Shown here piece after piece: positions 59,701 to 64,000 of a DNA stretch of 64,000 bases. Source of the stretch: Macrostomum lignano (Eukaryota); assembly GCA_002269645.1 (NCBI GenBank), contig NIVC01000045.1:62001-126000 (forward strand), in the 5' to 3' direction. A program made the position numbers and the translations under genes. The notes beneath the pieces were generated by a model. That model was not told the origin of the DNA, ran no database searches, and saw only the letters and a program-made list of their open reading frames with translations. Each line of letters begins with the position of its first letter. Position 1 is the stretch's first letter.

Positions 59701-60319
59701 TCAAGGAGAATTTTTCTAAAAAATATCGCCAGAAATACACAAAGATCCAAAGGATATAATAGTGTAGCAGGCTATCGTACGCTAAGTGAATAAAGCAGTA
59801 TGAGTAGCGAGTATGTACATGTATGAAATATTGCCATTATCCAGTAAATCCACTAATTTATCGCAGGCGATTTTGTAGCTTCATAAAAACGCCACGCGTG
59901 ACTTCATGGTCTTAAGATTAAGAAACTTAAAGAACGTTTTATTCACCTTAATCTAAATTTCGGTTCGTTCCCAGCCGTTTAACACTGTCATTTGTGATAG
60001 GAAATCTGCTGGAAACAGCGTTGATATTACATAATTGTAGATAAGAAAGCTCTTTATCTAATCTAAAATAAACTGAACTCAAGACAAGCGTAATACTATT
60101 TTTTGTTTTTGTTTCGTAGTTCACAGCATAACTGGGTGGGCCTAGGTGAATTAACGCATTAAATTGAGTTGGCCAATAATACATCTAAAATTCCCGTTTT
60201 CTATTAAAAGTATTTTCCATGGAATAGCCGGAAAAGCAACCATATTTAACAAAATAATCACAGCAATCGTAATGCCACAGTTTAAGAGCAACGTTCAATC
60301 CGTCTCTTTTCAGCTCGAC

Positions 60320-63300
60320 ATGACCACTCAAAAGTACTCACAATTTCATGCGATGGCGGCCACAAGCAAAAGTGACGATAAGTGCTGGATTAAAGATCCA
60401 AAGAGTTTCTGGGACGATAAAGGCATCGATTGGAATCCAAGCAAAAGGCTACTTTTCCGAGCAAAACAATACGACTTTAAACGCGTGCTTGAAACTCTCA
60501 ACGAATTTGGTTCCAATCTGAAACTACTACTGGATGACAATCTCAGAACAGCTGCTCACTATGCAGCCATGCATCGTGACGGTGAAGGTGCACTAGCTGC
60601 TATAGTTGAAAGTTATCCTCTCTGCCTGACAAGTCCTGACGTTGACAAAATAACTCCGCTACATTTGTCAGCTCGCTACCACTCAGCAAAGTCTTGGGAA
60701 TCGCTATTCGACCGCACCAAGTCTGCAGTCAGTCTGTCTCGACTGAGAGACTCAAACGGTGATACTTGCGCTCATTGGGCTGCTCGAAACTCAAAGGACA
60801 GCAGTATTGTACTTACAGTGAAAAAGAAGGCTTCCAGCGTCTGTTGGAAGTGGAGAAACAATAGAGGTGAAACAGTGCTGCACCATTTGATGCAATATTG
60901 CCCAGACACGAACACTGTCGCAGAAATCTTAAAAGAAATCGGTCCACGTAGCGATCTGCTACTTGAGACGGATATTGACGGGAATACAACGGCTCACTTT
61001 GCTGCTAGAAGTAAATTTGATTGCGTTAACAACGTAAATTGGTTTAATGATAATAGTTGGTTAATTTCTCGCAACGACAAACAGGAAACAGTCCTACAAT
61101 TAGCCCTTAAAAATAGCAGCAAGGAAACAGCGAAAATTTTTATCAAACAGGCTTCTTCCCTGTATATCCGTTGGTACAAGCTAAAAGACGATCAAGGAAA
61201 CACATGTTTACATGCTCTGGCTCGCGCAGGACGAGATGACGTGCTACTGGAGGCTGTAAAACACGCGATACAGCAGAGTGAACAATCTGCGAACAGAGAA
61301 CCAGTTCAAACGTCAGGGCAAACAAGGAGATGGCGGCTTAATCAAACCGGGAGCTCTAGCACCCCTGGAACTGCCAGTGCACAACCTTCAAAGACGCCGC
61401 AGGCTAGCGAAAATGCCGATCCAAGCTGCCTGCTGAGTGAAAACAAACGCAAATCCACCGTTCTTCACTACGCCGTCGAAAATTGCAGCTTTGAGACTGC
61501 TAAGGAGCTGCTCAGTAAAATTAAAAATTTTCAAAATTTTCTGCAGGCAGACAAATCCGGCAACACAGTTTTCCACATTGCCGCGAAAAGAAAAGATAAA
61601 GCTGAAATTCTAAACTTCCTGATTAAACAACTACTCAAAGTAAGAAAGGTAGATCAGGTCCTTAATATTTTCAGTGCAAGAAACAACAAAAATCAATCAG
61701 TTCTTCATTTGGCAATCGATACAATGGACACTGCTGATTTTTCTGACGCTGAGGCTCAAGATGCTCCCTATTTGGAGAAGCTGAGTATGAACCAACTCAT
61801 AGAAAAGATGCGAAAAGAAGTGCTCCAGCGCACAGACAGAGCAGGAAACACGCTGTTGCATTCGCTTATGCAGAGCCAATTCACCTATGATGGATTCGAA
61901 CAGGACATTTTGGATCGATTCAAGTTGCTGGTTGATCAAGGAGTGAAAGTGACTGCTCACAACAACCTCAATCTAAACTGCCTACACGCGACAAAACTCG
62001 ATGCTTCAGTTCTGTGCAAATTGCTGTCGAAAGAAAAAGCAGCAACGCTCTTTAAGGACCTGTTAGTTAATTCAAAAACACATGCTCACCTCATTCACAC
62101 TTTCTCAGGTCAGTATGATCTCAGTCCTGAAGACAAAGAGATAAGCAGCCTGCCAGACGGACAGACAATGTTGGATGTGATTGAAAAGATATCGAATACG
62201 CGTAAAGACGTTCTTATTAAGCAGAGAGTTAATCCGCAATCTTGCGACAACGCAGAGCATGGAGAGACATGCTTGCACTTTGCTTGCGCATACGGACATC
62301 AGGAAAATATTTTCTTTCTATTGTGGAATGGTCTGAGCCTTTGGTCTGAGTCCCATTCAGGACGGACTTGCGTTGACTACGCCTTCGAAAACGGAAACTT
62401 TGATGATCTTGTCGAAGCAGCTTGGTGCTACAATAAAGCATATGATGAGGAACAGGAACGGAACTCCGTTACGAACGGTTCAGACGATACAAAATCTCAA
62501 AACACTCGCAAGGCGATAAAAATGACAGACATTTGGCGTTTGCTAGATCCGCCTCAAAGAGCGCTTCAGCTTCCTTACAGACAAGCTGCGAGAATGACTC
62601 TGGTGTCAATAACCAACGACTATGGAACTACAAAGTTAGCAGCTCCGAGCTCCAACACAAAAAAGCAAAAAACCGACAAGATGGTTTTGATCAGAGCGCT
62701 CGAAATGGACTCCAGAAAGATATTTCGCGCGGCTCTGAGTCTAAAAATGATCACGCGAGAAACGGAGACACTATTCATTCCAAGCTTTATTGACACACTT
62801 AAGCGAGAGGAAGGCATCCGGAAATCTTTTTCGCGACAGAACATGTTCAAGAATATGCCTCACGTTGATGCCACCTCGGAATTGGCACTGATAGACTTGG
62901 CCGCGTTCTTCTACCGCGACGAGATCCTGCCCGATCTGATTTTGACTCGACAGTTCGAGCTGATTCCGTGCTGCCTCAGCTTGCTCATCCAGCTTGATCC
63001 CGAAATCATCAAGATGCGAGCCAAGGCAAAAGGCAAGCATGAGCAACTGCTGCAACTGCAGAAGAAAGTCACAAACATTGCAATGAACGCACTGAATGAG
63101 CTGTTTATTAACGCCAACAATATCGAAAGCGAGCTACTCTTCAAGTATATTGACGGAAAAATATTGCATCCTGATGGTATTGGTGAAAATGGAGTCGTTA
63201 GCAAAGATAAAAGTTTCAAAGGACCCAAATTTCCATATAGGAGCGGAACTGGAGACAATGCTCGTATCAAATACGGAAGCGTGCTAGAGCTGGTAAAAGC

Positions 63301-64000
63301 CACCAACAGCCCAGATCTGTTTGCCACTGACTGCATCTACTCGTGGACGAAAAAGAAATGGAGAAAGCCTATTTCCCAGTGCTCAAAAGGACACGGCAGC
63401 TCTCAAAATTGCTGCCCTAGCTTTTTCAGCTGCAGGCCAAGATTTTCAAGACCTGATTCTCCACGAGCCAAGTTCTGTACCCACACTGCCGCATTCGTTG
63501 TGTTCCTTGGATTCTTCGGCTGGTACATTCTGAACTTTCAATTCAGCTTTCCACAGCCACAGTTCGATGCAATTTTGGTAGCATATCTGCTTTCATTCAG
63601 TTTGCAAGAAGCAACTGAAATCTGGAGACAACGCAAAGCAAGAGAAAATTGCAAGATTGGCCCGCATGTACGGTCTGTTCCCGCATACCTGGTTGACTGG
63701 CTTAATATTGTGGATATTTTGGCAGTTTTATTCCTTCTAGCTGGTCTGATTGCACGGTGGTCCTATTTTTTCGGTGGTTTTAAGATGCATGACGCCTATT
63801 CCTGCCAGATGATATTGAGCACTTCCTTTGCACTTTTCTGTTTGCGATCAGTATCGTTTCTTAGTTACTTCGAGGGCGTCGGACCAATGATCAACATGCT
63901 CTGGAGTTTAATTTTCTACGACTTGATACCGTTCCTGACAATTTTGTTCGTCATATTTTGGTGCTTTGGTGTCTTCTTCACGTGCCTGCTGTTTTCTTTT
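60320..64000 (+). CDS. Ankyrin-repeat TRP-family cation channel, 3'-partial; single uninterrupted ORF/exon of >1200 codons
   Basis: Manual translation from ATG 60320 (acceptor at 60313) gave no stop up to the window end. Many ANK motifs (TAAHYAA, TPLHLSA, TVLHYAV, TCLHFAC); TRP pre-S1/S1 SPRAKFCTHTAAFVVFL; S3 YLVDWLNIVD; S4-S5 linker GVGPMINM; S5 DLIPFL. Confidence 0.9.
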   Translation, partial: MTTQKYSQFHAMAATSKSDDKCWIKDPKSFWDDKGIDWNPSKRLLFRAKQYDFKRVLETLNEFGSNLKLLLDDNLRTAAHYAAMHRDGEGALAAIVESYPLCLTSPDVDKITPLHLSARYHSAKSWESLFDRTKSAVSLSRLRDSNGDTCAHWAARNSKDSSIVLTVKKKASSVCWKWRNNRGETVLHHLMQYCPDTNTVAEILKEIGPRSDLLLETDIDGNTTAHFAARSKFDCVNNVNWFNDNSWLISRNDKQETVLQLALKNSSKETAKIFIKQASSLYIRWYKLKDDQGNTCLHALARAGRDDVLLEAVKHAIQQSEQSANREPVQTSGQTRRWRLNQTGSSSTPGTASAQPSKTPQASENADPSCLLSENKRKSTVLHYAVENCSFETAKELLSKIKNFQNFLQADKSGNTVFHIAAKRKDKAEILNFLIKQLLKVRKVDQVLNIFSARNNKNQSVLHLAIDTMDTADFSDAEAQDAPYLEKLSMNQLIEKMRKEVLQRTDRAGNTLLHSLMQSQFTYDGFEQDILDRFKLLVDQGVKVTAHNNLNLNCLHATKLDASVLCKLLSKEKAATLFKDLLVNSKTHAHLIHTFSGQYDLSPEDKEISSLPDGQTMLDVIEKISNTRKDVLIKQRVNPQSCDNAEHGETCLHFACAYGHQENIFFLLWNGLSLWSESHSGRTCVDYAFENGNFDDLVEAAWCYNKAYDEEQERNSVTNGSDDTKSQNTRKAIKMTDIWRLLDPPQRALQLPYRQAARMTLVSITNDYGTTKLAAPSSNTKKQKTDKMVLIRALEMDSRKIFRAALSLKMITRETETLFIPSFIDTLKREEGIRKSFSRQNMFKNMPHVDATSELALIDLAAFFYRDEILPDLILTRQFELIPCCLSLLIQLDPEIIKMRAKAKGKHEQLLQLQKKVTNIAMNALNELFINANNIESELLFKYIDGKILHPDGIGENGVVSKDKSFKGPKFPYRSGTGDNARIKYGSVLELVKATNSPDLFATDCIYSWTKKKWRKPISQCSKGHGSSQNCCPSFFSCRPRFSRPDSPRAKFCTHTAAFVVFLGFFGWYILNFQFSFPQPQFDAILVAYLLSFSLQEATEIWRQRKARENCKIGPHVRSVPAYLVDWLNIVDILAVLFLLAGLIARWSYFFGGFKMHDAYSCQMILSTSFALFCLRSVSFLSYFEGVGPMINMLWSLIFYDLIPFLTILFVIFWCFGVFFTCLLFSF

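Overview
This is eukaryotic (animal) genomic DNA with spliceosomal introns; the gene content and repeat load fit an invertebrate such as a free-living flatworm, which I cannot verify. Host genes: the 3' part of a muscle myosin II heavy chain (16-4074); a 3-exon ankyrin-repeat + Mab-21/cGAS-like (cGLR) nucleotidyltransferase with an intact catalytic triad (15680-18608); a 3-exon gene with a ParB/Srx-like N-terminus (20417-27205); a secreted 6-Cys peptide (28061-28342); a 2-exon permuted-papain (LRAT/PPPDE-like) gene (45549-46291); and a large single-exon ankyrin-TRP channel ORF running off the end (60320->64000, absent from the ORF track). Repeats: a ~10 kb (TATC)n array containing a minimal hammerhead ribozyme, several 20-31 bp minisatellites, hAT-type MITEs with TSDs and tRNA-derived SINE heads. 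Mobile elements: (i) a decayed minus-strand Ty3/Gypsy element with a viral-type envelope glycoprotein BETWEEN gag and protease, apparently in a single gag-env-pro-RT-RH reading frame, which is the most unusual feature of the window; (ii) a Gypsy RH-IN fragment; (iii) a very young full-length Gypsy element with identical 165-bp LTRs, an AAAA TSD, a tRNA-Leu PBS and a -1 frameshift signal, whose 5' LTR is split by an intron-containing Crypton-type tyrosine-recombinase transposon. The very long 'IYLS' ORFs are microsatellite artefacts.
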